Assembly (NCBI GenBank): GCA_022402505.1
Contig: JAKRSE010000138.1
Coordinates: 1 to 25,849 of the forward strand
DNA: 25,849 nt
Direction of reading: 5' to 3'
From: Fimbriimonadaceae bacterium
Lineage (GTDB): Bacteria > Armatimonadota > Fimbriimonadia > Fimbriimonadales > Fimbriimonadaceae
The translations under genes and the position numbers were made by a program. The notes under the pieces were generated by a model that saw nothing but the letters and a program-made list of their open reading frames with translations, was not told the origin of the DNA and did not search any database. Positions 7,183 through 15,754 of this stretch are shown here, piece by piece (positions within the stretch are counted from its first letter, which is position 1; each line of letters begins with the position of its first letter).

Positions 7183-7756
7183 AGCCGAATCCACCCGCCG
7201 CCAAGGCAACCTGCTGGACGCCTGGATCCGCGAGAAGCGCGATCTTCTGGCCCGCTCGCGCCGGATCAACGCCGCCATCATCGGCGCGTCCCTGGTCCTC
7301 ATCGGCAGCCTGGGCTGGTTCCCCGCACGGATCTTTTCGCTGATGAGCGCCGACGCCCTCAACCAGCGCCGGATCGAGGAAATGGGGCAGAGCTCCAGCC
7401 AGGTCCAGGCCCTGGACGTCCAGCTGGCGCAGGCCCGCGGCTACCGCGACCTCACCGCCGGCCTCGACAAGACCCACCGCAGCCTCTACGGCCGCCTGGT
7501 CACGGTGATGAACTCGGTGCGGCAGGGCACGGTGCTGATCACCTTGAACGCCGCCGCCGTGGACGGCCGACTGCAGCTCTCCGGCACCGCCGAAGTCGCC
7601 TCGTTCCAGTCCGGCCGAGACTTTCTGCAGAACGTCGAATCCGCCTTCGACTCCGGCCAGGTCCGAGCCGTCATGACCGGATCCAAACCATCGCCGGTTC
7701 TGGGGCCCCAGGGCCAGACCATCGACTTCCTGATCGTGGAGGAGACGCGACGGTGA
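7160..7756 (+). CDS. PilN-like bitopic membrane protein
   Basis: One N-terminal TM, a coiled-coil, then a ferredoxin-like segment (LQLSGTA...FLQNVES). Located directly after pilM. Confidence 0.65.
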   Translation: MSGPATLEAESTRRQGNLLDAWIREKRDLLARSRRINAAIIGASLVLIGSLGWFPARIFSLMSADALNQRRIEEMGQSSSQVQALDVQLAQARGYRDLTAGLDKTHRSLYGRLVTVMNSVRQGTVLITLNAAAVDGRLQLSGTAEVASFQSGRDFLQNVESAFDSGQVRAVMTGSKPSPVLGPQGQTIDFLIVEETRR

Positions 7757-8340
7757 TCGGAGGCCTCCCGGCAAGCGGGCAGATCCTGGCCCGACGCGCC
7801 GCCCTGGCACGAGGCCTGGCGATCGCCGCCGGCGTGCTCCTGGTCCTCGGCTTTGGCGCCGACCTGCTCCTCGCCGGGCGCGAAGGCAGATCGGCCCGAG
7901 AAGCCGACGAGCTCGAAGCGCAGATGAAGGCCCGGCGGACCGACCTCGCAGCCCTGGAAGAGCAGGCCCGAGACACGATGACCGGCCTCCAAGCCGTCAC
8001 CCGCATCCAGGAGTCTCTGGTCCAGCTGGGCCGCACGGTTGGAGTCTCCGTCACCTCATTCCAGAGCTCGCCCCAGCTCGCTCCCTTCCTATCCGGCTAC
8101 GGAACCCCCGCTCCCGGAGGATGGCTGATGGCCGGCGTCGAGATGGAGGCGGAGGGCAATGCCCTCGCCCTCGCCCGGTTCATCCGCTCCTTCCCGGAAA
8201 GCGGTCTCCGGTTCGAGGTCGCCGAAGTCCGGCTCACCCCGGGGCCGGCCGCGCCGGAAGGCAAGACCATGATCACCGCCGGCCTCAGACTCGTCGTGCT
8301 GACCCGAGACCCGGCTGCATCGACCGGAGGCCGTTCGTGA
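7753..8340 (+). CDS. PilO/GspM-like bitopic membrane protein
   Basis: One TM, a coiled-coil, then 'VEMEAEG..LALARFIRS'. ATGA overlap and position after pilN. Confidence 0.55.
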   Translation: MIGGLPASGQILARRAALARGLAIAAGVLLVLGFGADLLLAGREGRSAREADELEAQMKARRTDLAALEEQARDTMTGLQAVTRIQESLVQLGRTVGVSVTSFQSSPQLAPFLSGYGTPAPGGWLMAGVEMEAEGNALALARFIRSFPESGLRFEVAEVRLTPGPAAPEGKTMITAGLRLVVLTRDPAASTGGRS

Positions 8341-9011
8341 AGTTCGACGGCAAGACCATCGCCCTCCTGGCCCTGATGCCGGTGATGATGGCGGTCGCCC
8401 TGATGAACGTGCTGCCGATGCTGATGCGCAAGCCTGCGCCGCCGCGACCGCCAAGGCAGACGAGCGTGGACTACTCTGCCAAAGTCCTCAACCCCGACCT
8501 GGTCACCGACCCCTTCTACCATCCGGCCCTGGTTTCGGCCACGACGCCGACTCCCGGCCCCGGAGCCCTGCAGGCCCCTTCGACTCCGGTCATGCCCGCT
8601 CGGCCCTCCGCTCCGGCAGTGCTGCCTCCGCCGACGATGGCGGGCAGGATGGATCCGGGCATGGGCGACGCCGGACTGCAGCCTTGGACTCCCCCAAGCC
8701 CCGGAAGCCCATCGGCGCCCCTGCCTTCCGCCACCGGACCCCTGCCCCCCACGGGCCCGGCCCAGAGCTTCAGCCCATCCGAACCTCCCCTGCCGTCCAC
8801 GCCGCTCCTCGCCTTCACGGTGAAGGGGATCGTCTGGGGCGACCGGCCCTTCGCCTTCATCTCGGTGGAAGGCGGCCCCTCCGACCGCTTCTTCATCGGC
8901 GATTCACCCGCCGAAGGGGTGCTGGTCCAAGCGATTTCATCCACGAGCGTGACCCTGGTGCGCGGCAAGACGGCCAAGACCCTGGGTTCGGGAAAAAGTG
9001 ACACCCTATGA
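8337..9011 (+). CDS. GspC/PilP-like protein (TM anchor, Pro-rich linker, C-terminal beta domain; 224 aa)
   Basis: GTG start at 8337 overlaps the upstream TGA. C-terminal VKGIVWGDRPFAFI...FFIGD....GVLVQAIS.TSVTL resembles the HR/PilP domain. No lipobox Cys. Confidence 0.55.
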   Translation: MKFDGKTIALLALMPVMMAVALMNVLPMLMRKPAPPRPPRQTSVDYSAKVLNPDLVTDPFYHPALVSATTPTPGPGALQAPSTPVMPARPSAPAVLPPPTMAGRMDPGMGDAGLQPWTPPSPGSPSAPLPSATGPLPPTGPAQSFSPSEPPLPSTPLLAFTVKGIVWGDRPFAFISVEGGPSDRFFIGDSPAEGVLVQAISSTSVTLVRGKTAKTLGSGKSDTL

Positions 9012-10885
9012 TCCCTTCCTTCTTCGCCGTCGCAGCCGGCCTTGCTCAGCCTGAGCCGATCCTGCCGCCCGTCCATCCGATGCCGGTGCTTCGCCGACCG
9101 TCGGGTTCGGAGCTTCGACCTGTCGATCCCCTCTCGGACGCCGGATTCATCGTCCGCTCGGGAGCCGAAACGATTCCGGCCGGAGCCCAGGGGCGAAACG
9201 AGGCCTTCACGGCCGCCCTGGCGATGATCTTCGGACCCGCTCCGACGCCTCCGCCTGTCCCGGCGGCACCCGTCGCGGCGCCTCAGGCCCCCGAACCGGC
9301 TCGGACTCCCCCCGTCAGCCTGGCCGGCCCCGTGGATTCCCGGCGAGGGCGATCACAGGTGCTGCCGCCTGCGGCCAGGCCCGTTCCCCCGGCTCCTCGG
9401 GTGGAACCGCAGCCGGCCCCGGCCGCCCTGGCCGCCAATCTGACGACCGCCCCCTCCTCCCCGACCGGACCGCGAGGACAGGCGACCGATCCCGGCGACC
9501 CGATGATGCCGGAGATGGCGCCCGCCTCCGTCTCCACCCCGATCGCCCGGCCCGTGGATGTCAAGGCCCTGCCGATCAAGGCCTCGGGCACCGCCGCCTC
9601 CCTCAGCCTGGACGTGGTCGATCTGGAAGTGAGCCGGGTGCTTCAGGTCATCAGCGAACAGGCCAAGACGAACCTGATCCTGCTCAGCAACCCGCAGAAG
9701 ACGCTCACGATCCGGCTGCAGAACGTACCGCTGGACGAGGCCCTCACCCACGTGTGCGCCATCGCCGGACTCCGACGTCTGAAGATCGGCACCACCTACG
9801 TGATCGCCTCTCCCGAGGAGCTGTCCGCCGCCTATCCCGAGGAGTACCGAGCCGCCTATCCTTCGGCCGCCCCCGCCGTGCAGGGACCCGCCGTCCCCGA
9901 GGCGAGGGAGCTGATCGTCCTGCAGGTGAGCTTCACCAGCGCCCCGGCCCTGGCCAAGGTGCTCCAGGAAACCTTCCCCAAAGATGAGCTGACCGTGGTC
10001 GTCGGACCCGCCCAGCATGTGCCCCGCCTCTCGGACTCCAACACCGAGGACAAGACCGGCGTGCAGACCGGGCTCCTGACCGAGGAAACCGGCCAGGGCG
10101 GCTCGGGGAACGATGGCGGCGACCCGAACAGCCGGATCATCGTTCTCCAGGGAACCCCGTCCGTGCTGGAACGAGCCAAGATCGTGGCCCAGGCGATGGA
10201 CCGAGCCCGGCCGCAGATCAGCATCTCGGTCCGGATCATCGACGTGCAGAATGAGGCCCTCCGAGACCTCGGGGTCAGCTGGTCCTTCAGCGATTCCACC
10301 ATCAGGGAACAGGAAGGCGGCGGGTTCAACATCCGCAGCTTCGACCGCAGCCCGCAGACCTTCTCCGCCGCCCTCGCCGCCCTCCAGAGGAGCGACCGGG
10401 CCAAGATCCTGGCCGAACCGAACATCAGCGTCCTGGACAACCAGCGCGCCTTCATCCTGATCGGCCAGCGGCTCAACTTCCCGACTCTGATCGGCTACAC
10501 CCAGGCCAACACTCCGATCTTCAGCCCCAAGGAAGAGAAGGTCGGCATCTACCTGCAGGTGGCGGCTTCGGTCGCCCCGAACGGCGAGATCACCATGAGC
10601 CTCTACCCCCAGGTCAGCACCGTGACGGGCTTCCTGGAAGTGAGCGGCGGCAGCTACCCCCAGATCGCCACCCGCGAAGCCCAGACCACCGTCCGGGTCT
10701 CCAGCGGCGAGACGATCATGATCGGCGGCCTGATCCGCGATGATGAGATCAGGAACGTGCAGAAGGTGCCCTTCCTCGGAGACATTCCGATCCTGGGCGA
10801 GTTCTTCCGGAAGACGCGAACCCAGCGGACCTCCAGCCAGATCATCATCAGCATCACCCCGACCGTCACCCCGCCCCGCCCCTGA
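9008..10885 (+). CDS. Secretin (GspD/PilQ family) with a long Pro/Ala-rich N-terminus
   Basis: STN-like domain, N3-like domain, and secretin motifs AKILAEPNISVLDNQRAFILIG and VSSGETIMIGGLI....VQKVPFLGDIPILGEFFR. Confidence 0.92.
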   Translation: MIPSFFAVAAGLAQPEPILPPVHPMPVLRRPSGSELRPVDPLSDAGFIVRSGAETIPAGAQGRNEAFTAALAMIFGPAPTPPPVPAAPVAAPQAPEPARTPPVSLAGPVDSRRGRSQVLPPAARPVPPAPRVEPQPAPAALAANLTTAPSSPTGPRGQATDPGDPMMPEMAPASVSTPIARPVDVKALPIKASGTAASLSLDVVDLEVSRVLQVISEQAKTNLILLSNPQKTLTIRLQNVPLDEALTHVCAIAGLRRLKIGTTYVIASPEELSAAYPEEYRAAYPSAAPAVQGPAVPEARELIVLQVSFTSAPALAKVLQETFPKDELTVVVGPAQHVPRLSDSNTEDKTGVQTGLLTEETGQGGSGNDGGDPNSRIIVLQGTPSVLERAKIVAQAMDRARPQISISVRIIDVQNEALRDLGVSWSFSDSTIREQEGGGFNIRSFDRSPQTFSAALAALQRSDRAKILAEPNISVLDNQRAFILIGQRLNFPTLIGYTQANTPIFSPKEEKVGIYLQVAASVAPNGEITMSLYPQVSTVTGFLEVSGGSYPQIATREAQTTVRVSSGETIMIGGLIRDDEIRNVQKVPFLGDIPILGEFFRKTRTQRTSSQIIISITPTVTPPRP

Positions 10886-10900
10886 GAGGCACACCCACCC

Positions 10901-12613
10901 ATGCATGCCGAACGCAGCATCATCGACGTCCTGATCGAAGAGCAGCTCGTCACCCCGGAACAGGTGAACGAGCTGCTGGCCAACCGTCGCGACCTGACGG
11001 TGGAAGTGGATGAACTGGCCGTTCAGCAGGGGCTCATCTCGCAGGCGGACCGGTGCCGATGCCTGGGACTCGCCACCGGAATCCCCTTCCACGACCTTCG
11101 ACGCCTGCCCCCCAGCCCGGCGGCGGCCTCCTCGCTTTCGGCCCGACTCGCCAGCCGATTCGTCGCCGTTCCGGTGGACCTGACCGACTTCGCCGCCACC
11201 GTGGCGATGGCCAACCCCCTGGACCTGGAGGCGCTGGACGCCCTGCAGCACGCGCTGAACCGCGAGATCGACCCCATGTGGGCCGTCGCCGACGACATCA
11301 AGGAGGTCCTCGTCCGCACCCACGGCAAGCTGGACGAACTGGCAAACCTCATCGGCGAACTGGCGATCGGCGACCACGACATCGAACTCGCCACCGAGGT
11401 CGATGAGCCGGAAGGTCAAAACGCGGTGGACATGCGGCTCATCGCCGACGACGCCCCCGCGATCAAGCTCGCCAACGCCCTCATCAGCCGGTCGGTCAAG
11501 GTCGGCGCGAGCGACATCCACATCGAACCCGGCGAGAAATCGGTCCGGGTCCGGTTCCGCATCGACGGCCTGCTCCAGGAGGTCATGCAGGTGCCCAAGG
11601 ACCTCCAGCGGTCGCTCATCTCGCGGCTCAAAGTCATCGCCGGGCTCGACATCGCGGAACGCCGCGTGCCTCAGGACGGCCGAATCACCATGTACGTCCA
11701 GGAGGGCAGCTTCGACCTCCGCGTCGCCACCTACCCCTGCGCCTACGGCGAGAAGATGATCATCCGCGTGCTGAACAAGGCGGCCATCTCCATGCAGCTC
11801 ACCGAACTCGGCATCCCGCCGCAGTCGTTGATGAGCCTGATCCACGCCGCCGAGCAGACTCAGGGCCTGATCCTGGTCAACGGACCGACCGGCAGCGGAA
11901 AGACGACGACCCTCTACTCCGTCCTCAACCACCTGAACCGCGTCCATCGGCACATCATCACCATCGAAGACCCGATCGAATACCGGCTGGACGGCATCGT
12001 CCAGGGCAACGTCAACAACGCGGCCGGGCTCACCTTTGCCCGAGGGCTGCGGGCGATGCTCCGCGCCGACCCCGACGTGATCTTGGTCGGTGAAAGCCGC
12101 GACCCGGAAACCGCCGGCACCGCCATCGAAGCCGCCCTGACCGGCCACCTGGTGCTCACTTCGCTCCACGCCAACGACGCCGCCTCGGCCGTGGTCCGAC
12201 TCGGCGAAATGGGCGTCGAGCCCTTCCTCGTCGGTTCCGCCGTCACCTGCTCGGTCGCCCAGCGGCTGCTGCGGAGGGTCTGCCCGAACTGCCGCACGGA
12301 ATACATGCCCGACCACGCCGCCATGCTCCTGCTCGGCCTCGATCCGGGCGAAACCTTCCTCCACGGAGCCGGCTGCGACATGTGCAACGGCAGCGGCTAC
12401 CGCGGCCGCGTCGGGGTCTACGAGGTCATGACCGTGACGCCCAAGATCCGAAGACTGATCTATCAGAACGCCCCGGGCCATGAGATCACCCAGGTCGCCA
12501 AACGCGACGGGATGATCGGCATGAGGGAGGACGCCCTGAGCAAGGTCCGCGCCGGAATCACCACCGTCGAGGAAGTCCTCCGCGCCACCCCCGAAGACGA
12601 GGCCGCCGCATGA
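10901..12613 (+). CDS. GspE/PilB-family extension ATPase
   Basis: ASDIHIEP, PQDGR, Walker A GPTGSGKT, Asp box TIEDPIEY, Walker B DPDVILVGE, His box GHLVLTSLHAN, and tetracysteine CPNC...GCDMC. Confidence 0.95.
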   Translation: MHAERSIIDVLIEEQLVTPEQVNELLANRRDLTVEVDELAVQQGLISQADRCRCLGLATGIPFHDLRRLPPSPAAASSLSARLASRFVAVPVDLTDFAATVAMANPLDLEALDALQHALNREIDPMWAVADDIKEVLVRTHGKLDELANLIGELAIGDHDIELATEVDEPEGQNAVDMRLIADDAPAIKLANALISRSVKVGASDIHIEPGEKSVRVRFRIDGLLQEVMQVPKDLQRSLISRLKVIAGLDIAERRVPQDGRITMYVQEGSFDLRVATYPCAYGEKMIIRVLNKAAISMQLTELGIPPQSLMSLIHAAEQTQGLILVNGPTGSGKTTTLYSVLNHLNRVHRHIITIEDPIEYRLDGIVQGNVNNAAGLTFARGLRAMLRADPDVILVGESRDPETAGTAIEAALTGHLVLTSLHANDAASAVVRLGEMGVEPFLVGSAVTCSVAQRLLRRVCPNCRTEYMPDHAAMLLLGLDPGETFLHGAGCDMCNGSGYRGRVGVYEVMTVTPKIRRLIYQNAPGHEITQVAKRDGMIGMREDALSKVRAGITTVEEVLRATPEDEAAA

Positions 12614-13845
12614 GCGCATTCAAGTACAAGATCCTGACCGGCGACGGAGAGACGAAGACCGGGGAAGTTCAAGCGGGGGGGCTGGAAGAGGCCGAGCGCC
12701 GGCTGCAGCAGCAGGGCGCGACCGTCATCTCCCTGGTTCCCCTCTTTGAGAAGAAGGCCAAGGAGGCGGCGGGCGCCAAGCCGCTCACCCAGGTCCGCGT
12801 GGGGAAGGCCAAGGCAAAGCCCGCCGAGCTCGCCACCGTCCTGAGAAACCTGGCCGTCCTCGCCGAATCCGGCGTCCCCTTCTATGAATCGCTGAACGCG
12901 GTGCAGGAAGGAGCCGAGTCTCCCGCCCTCCGCGAGGGCCTGGAAAAGGTCAAGAGCCAGGTGATGGCGGGCCGGACCCTCGGCCAATCCCTTCGCTCGG
13001 CCCCGGAGCTCTTCACCCCCATGGTCTGCGACATGGTGGCCACCGGCGAAGAGAGCGGCCGACTGGACAAGGCCCTGACCGGAGCCGCAGCCTACATGGA
13101 CCGGGCCGTCGCCCTCCGGGCCAAGCTCGTCAACGCCCTCATCTATCCCTCCATCCTGCTCGGAGTCGCCGGCCTCACCGTCTCGGCGCTGGTTTTCTTC
13201 ATCATGCCGCGTTTCGCCGAAACGTTCAAGGGCATGAACATCAAGCCGCCGGCCGTCACCCAGGCGCTCATGGATTTCGGCACCACCGCCTCCACCAAGC
13301 CCTGGCTCTTCATCGTGGTGCCGCTCGCGGTCGTCTTCCTGATCAAGTTCATCGCCGCCAAGCCGGTGCTCCGAGACTTCTTCCTTCGGCTCTCCCGCCG
13401 GATTCCGGTCCTCGGGCCCGTGCTGCGACAGCTGAGTCTCGCGAGGATGCTCAGCACCCTGAGCAGCCTGCTGGGAAGCGGAGTCAACCTCCTGCCGGCC
13501 CTGGAGAGCGCGGGCAAGGTCTCCGGCGATCCCGACATCGAAGCCGCCTGCGAGGCCGCCCACCAGGACGTTCACGGCGGCGGAATGCTGAGCGAATCCT
13601 TCAAGCGGACCCGAGTCCTGCCCCCGACGCTGGTCCAGATGGTCGCCGTCGGCGAGCGGAGCGGAAGGCTGAGCACCCTGGTGGAACGGGCCAGCGAGGA
13701 GATGGAGGTTCAGGCCGACGCCCGGCTCAAATCGCTCATGGCGATCTTCGAGCCGATCATGATCCTCGTGATGGGCGGCGTCATCGGCCTGATCACCTTC
13801 TCCCTGATCTCGCCGCTCTTCTCGGTGCTGCAGAACGTGAGGTGA
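12610..13845 (+). CDS. GspF/PilC inner-membrane platform protein
   Basis: Two T2SSF repeats (ATGEESGRLD; AVGERSGRL), YPSILL and EPIMILVMGG.IG. Confidence 0.95.
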   Translation: MSAFKYKILTGDGETKTGEVQAGGLEEAERRLQQQGATVISLVPLFEKKAKEAAGAKPLTQVRVGKAKAKPAELATVLRNLAVLAESGVPFYESLNAVQEGAESPALREGLEKVKSQVMAGRTLGQSLRSAPELFTPMVCDMVATGEESGRLDKALTGAAAYMDRAVALRAKLVNALIYPSILLGVAGLTVSALVFFIMPRFAETFKGMNIKPPAVTQALMDFGTTASTKPWLFIVVPLAVVFLIKFIAAKPVLRDFFLRLSRRIPVLGPVLRQLSLARMLSTLSSLLGSGVNLLPALESAGKVSGDPDIEAACEAAHQDVHGGGMLSESFKRTRVLPPTLVQMVAVGERSGRLSTLVERASEEMEVQADARLKSLMAIFEPIMILVMGGVIGLITFSLISPLFSVLQNVR

Positions 13846-14267
13846 TCTTGAGGCGGCGCGGATACAGTCTGCTGGAGGTTCTCATGGGAGTCTCGGTTCT
13901 GGCCATCCTGCTTGGACTGACCATGCCCGCGCTCCGGGGCATCTCGGCCAACTCTCAGGAGTCGGAGCTGAAGCGGCGACTGCTCCTGGTGCGGCAGGCA
14001 TCGGGGCGGGCCTCGGCCGACATCGGCTGCTTCATCGGTCAGCTCTCCGATCTGACCCTTTCCGCCTCGCCGGGAACCTGCTTCAATGAGAACGGCGATC
14101 CGGTCTCGATTCCGGTCGGCTCTTGGCGCGGGCCCTACCTCGCCTCTCTCCCCATCGACCCGGTCAGCCGAGCGCCCTTCACCTACCAGACCGGCAGCGG
14201 CATGGGCCGTGTCGCCAGTTCCGCCTCCGGCAACGACAGCAAAGGGGTGCCTTTTGCGGGCTACTAG
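13842..14267 (+). CDS. GspG-like prepilin 1 (class III signal G|YSLLE)
   Basis: GTG start overlaps the gspF stop. RRRG|Y with E5, hydrophobic helix, WRGPYL..LP.DPVS. Confidence 0.85.
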   Translation: MILRRRGYSLLEVLMGVSVLAILLGLTMPALRGISANSQESELKRRLLLVRQASGRASADIGCFIGQLSDLTLSASPGTCFNENGDPVSIPVGSWRGPYLASLPIDPVSRAPFTYQTGSGMGRVASSASGNDSKGVPFAGY

Positions 14268-14670
14268 ACGAGGCTTCAGCCTGCTGGAGCTGATGATCGT
14301 TTTGGCGATGGTCGCCACGCTCGCCGCCATCGCCGCCCCCAACCTCATCCTCCAATCGCGGAGAGGCAAGGAGGCCGAGCTCGGCCGACGGCTGCAGCTG
14401 GTTCGGGCGGCCCTGAACGCCTTCCACTCCGACCTCGGCTGCCATCCGACCGCCCTCGCCCAGCTGGAGGCGGTCACCGTGACCCAGTGCCTGGCCCCCA
14501 ACCAGGCGACCATCACCCCGCCCGGAATCGTGCGCGGCCCCTATCTTCCCAAAGTCCCGCTCGATCCGGTCTCCGGCGCTGCGTTCACCTATTCCCCTGC
14601 CTCCGGATTCACGGTCGGCTCATCCGCGACAGGCACCGATCTTGCCGGACGCGCCTACTCCACCTACTGA
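14254..14670 (+). CDS. GspG-like prepilin 2 (class III signal G|FSLLE; 138 aa)
   Basis: Start re-assigned to TTG at 14254 (MRATRRG|FSLLE), preceded by AAAGGGG and overlapping pilin 1. RGPYLPKVPLDPVS. Confidence 0.85.
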   Translation: MRATRRGFSLLELMIVLAMVATLAAIAAPNLILQSRRGKEAELGRRLQLVRAALNAFHSDLGCHPTALAQLEAVTVTQCLAPNQATITPPGIVRGPYLPKVPLDPVSGAAFTYSPASGFTVGSSATGTDLAGRAYSTY

Positions 14671-14703
14671 AGAAGCGGCCCGCCCTGCCGATGATCTAGG
14701 GTG

Positions 14704-15117
14704 ATGAGACGTCGCGGCTTCACCCTGGTGGAACTGATGGTGGCCGTCGCCATCATGGGAATGGTGATGGCGATCGCCGTGCCCAACCTGCAGCTGGCCG
14801 GTCGGCGTGCGCGGGAGTCGGCGCTGCGGAACGATCTTGCCGTCGTCCGGGCCGCCATCCAGATGTTCCGGACCGACGTGGGCTGTCATCCCACCCAGCT
14901 CGCCCACCTTTCGGGGCTCGCGGCTCCGGCGACCTGCACCACGGTCGGCGGGGGCTCGACTCCGGTGATCGCCTCCCGCTATCGCGGTCCCTACCTCCCG
15001 GCAACCCCGGTCGATCCGGTCAGCCGGACCGCCTTCGGCTACACCGCCGCCACCGGAGTCGTGCTCAGCTCGGCCGCCGGCAACGACATCAACGGCAGCC
15101 CCTATTCCGGCTACTGA
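14704..15117 (+). CDS. GspG-like prepilin 3 (class III signal G|FTLVE)
   Basis: MRRRG|FTLVELM and YRGPYLPATPVDPVS. An alternative GTG start lies at 14701. Confidence 0.9.
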   Translation: MRRRGFTLVELMVAVAIMGMVMAIAVPNLQLAGRRARESALRNDLAVVRAAIQMFRTDVGCHPTQLAHLSGLAAPATCTTVGGGSTPVIASRYRGPYLPATPVDPVSRTAFGYTAATGVVLSSAAGNDINGSPYSGY

Positions 15118-15129
15118 TCCCAGAAGGGC

Positions 15130-15585
15130 TCAAGGGCAGGCGACGCACCGGTCGGCCACCGCCTCCAGGTGCATGTGGACGTCCTGAAACCCCTGGTCGA
15201 TCGCCCGGCGAAGGGTCTCCTCCAGAACGCCCTCCGGGAGGGCGACCTCCTGCACCCGGCCGCAGTTCCGGCAGACGATGTGATGGGTGTTCTCCCCGTG
15301 GCTGTGCTCCAGCCGACAGGCCAGGTAGCCGTCCACCGAAGCGAGATGGTGGACCAGGCCGAGCCGGACAAAGACGCTCAGAACCCGGTACACGCTCACC
15401 GCATCCATCCGACCGCCGGACTCCAGCACCCGGGTGTGGATCTCGTTCGGGCTCAAGGCCACCTCGCTGGCCATCAGCACCTTGACCACCTCCAGCCGAG
15501 GGCCGGTGATTCTCATCTCCGCATCGCGCAGAGCCTGAATGGCGCGATCGCGGAAGGTGGCGGGTACGGGTGCGCCCGGTGACAT
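15130..15585 (-). CDS. Fur-family metalloregulator (Zur-like)
   Basis: RITGPR..V, 'AVSVYRVL..F...GLVH', His-rich HSHGENTHHIVCRNCGRVQE, and a C-terminal CVAC. Confidence 0.9.
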   Translation of the reverse strand: MSPGAPVPATFRDRAIQALRDAEMRITGPRLEVVKVLMASEVALSPNEIHTRVLESGGRMDAVSVYRVLSVFVRLGLVHHLASVDGYLACRLEHSHGENTHHIVCRNCGRVQEVALPEGVLEETLRRAIDQGFQDVHMHLEAVADRCVACP

Positions 15586-15591
15586 GGGGAA

Positions 15592-15597
15592 ATGTTA
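15592..15597 (-). promoter_or_regulatory. -10 element TAACAT of a probable leaderless promoter
   Basis: Minus strand reads TAACAT-ttcccc-ATG(15585), with no SD sequence. Confidence 0.4.
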
Positions 15598-15754
15598 CCG
15601 GGACCGCTGAGGGGCTTTTCTCGCCGAGGGTCTTGCAACCGAGGCGTTGAAGCGGCAATACTCACTGTTCGAAGCCGCGCCCGGCCTTTTTGAATGGGAT
15701 GCGGCGGTTTGGGAGGGTCGGTCGCCATGATTCGGTCCTACAGAGGAAACAAAG

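Noticed and set aside
9353-12619. 1088-aa minus-strand ORF opposite the secretin and ATPase genes
   Set aside because: Antisense shadow of well-supported genes. High-GC codon bias removes stops on the opposite strand, and no domain motifs are present.
15589-15597. GAAATGTTA resembling half of a gammaproteobacterial Zur box upstream of the Zur-like gene
   Set aside because: Only one half-site with no inverted partner. The same bases are explained as a -10 element on the minus strand.
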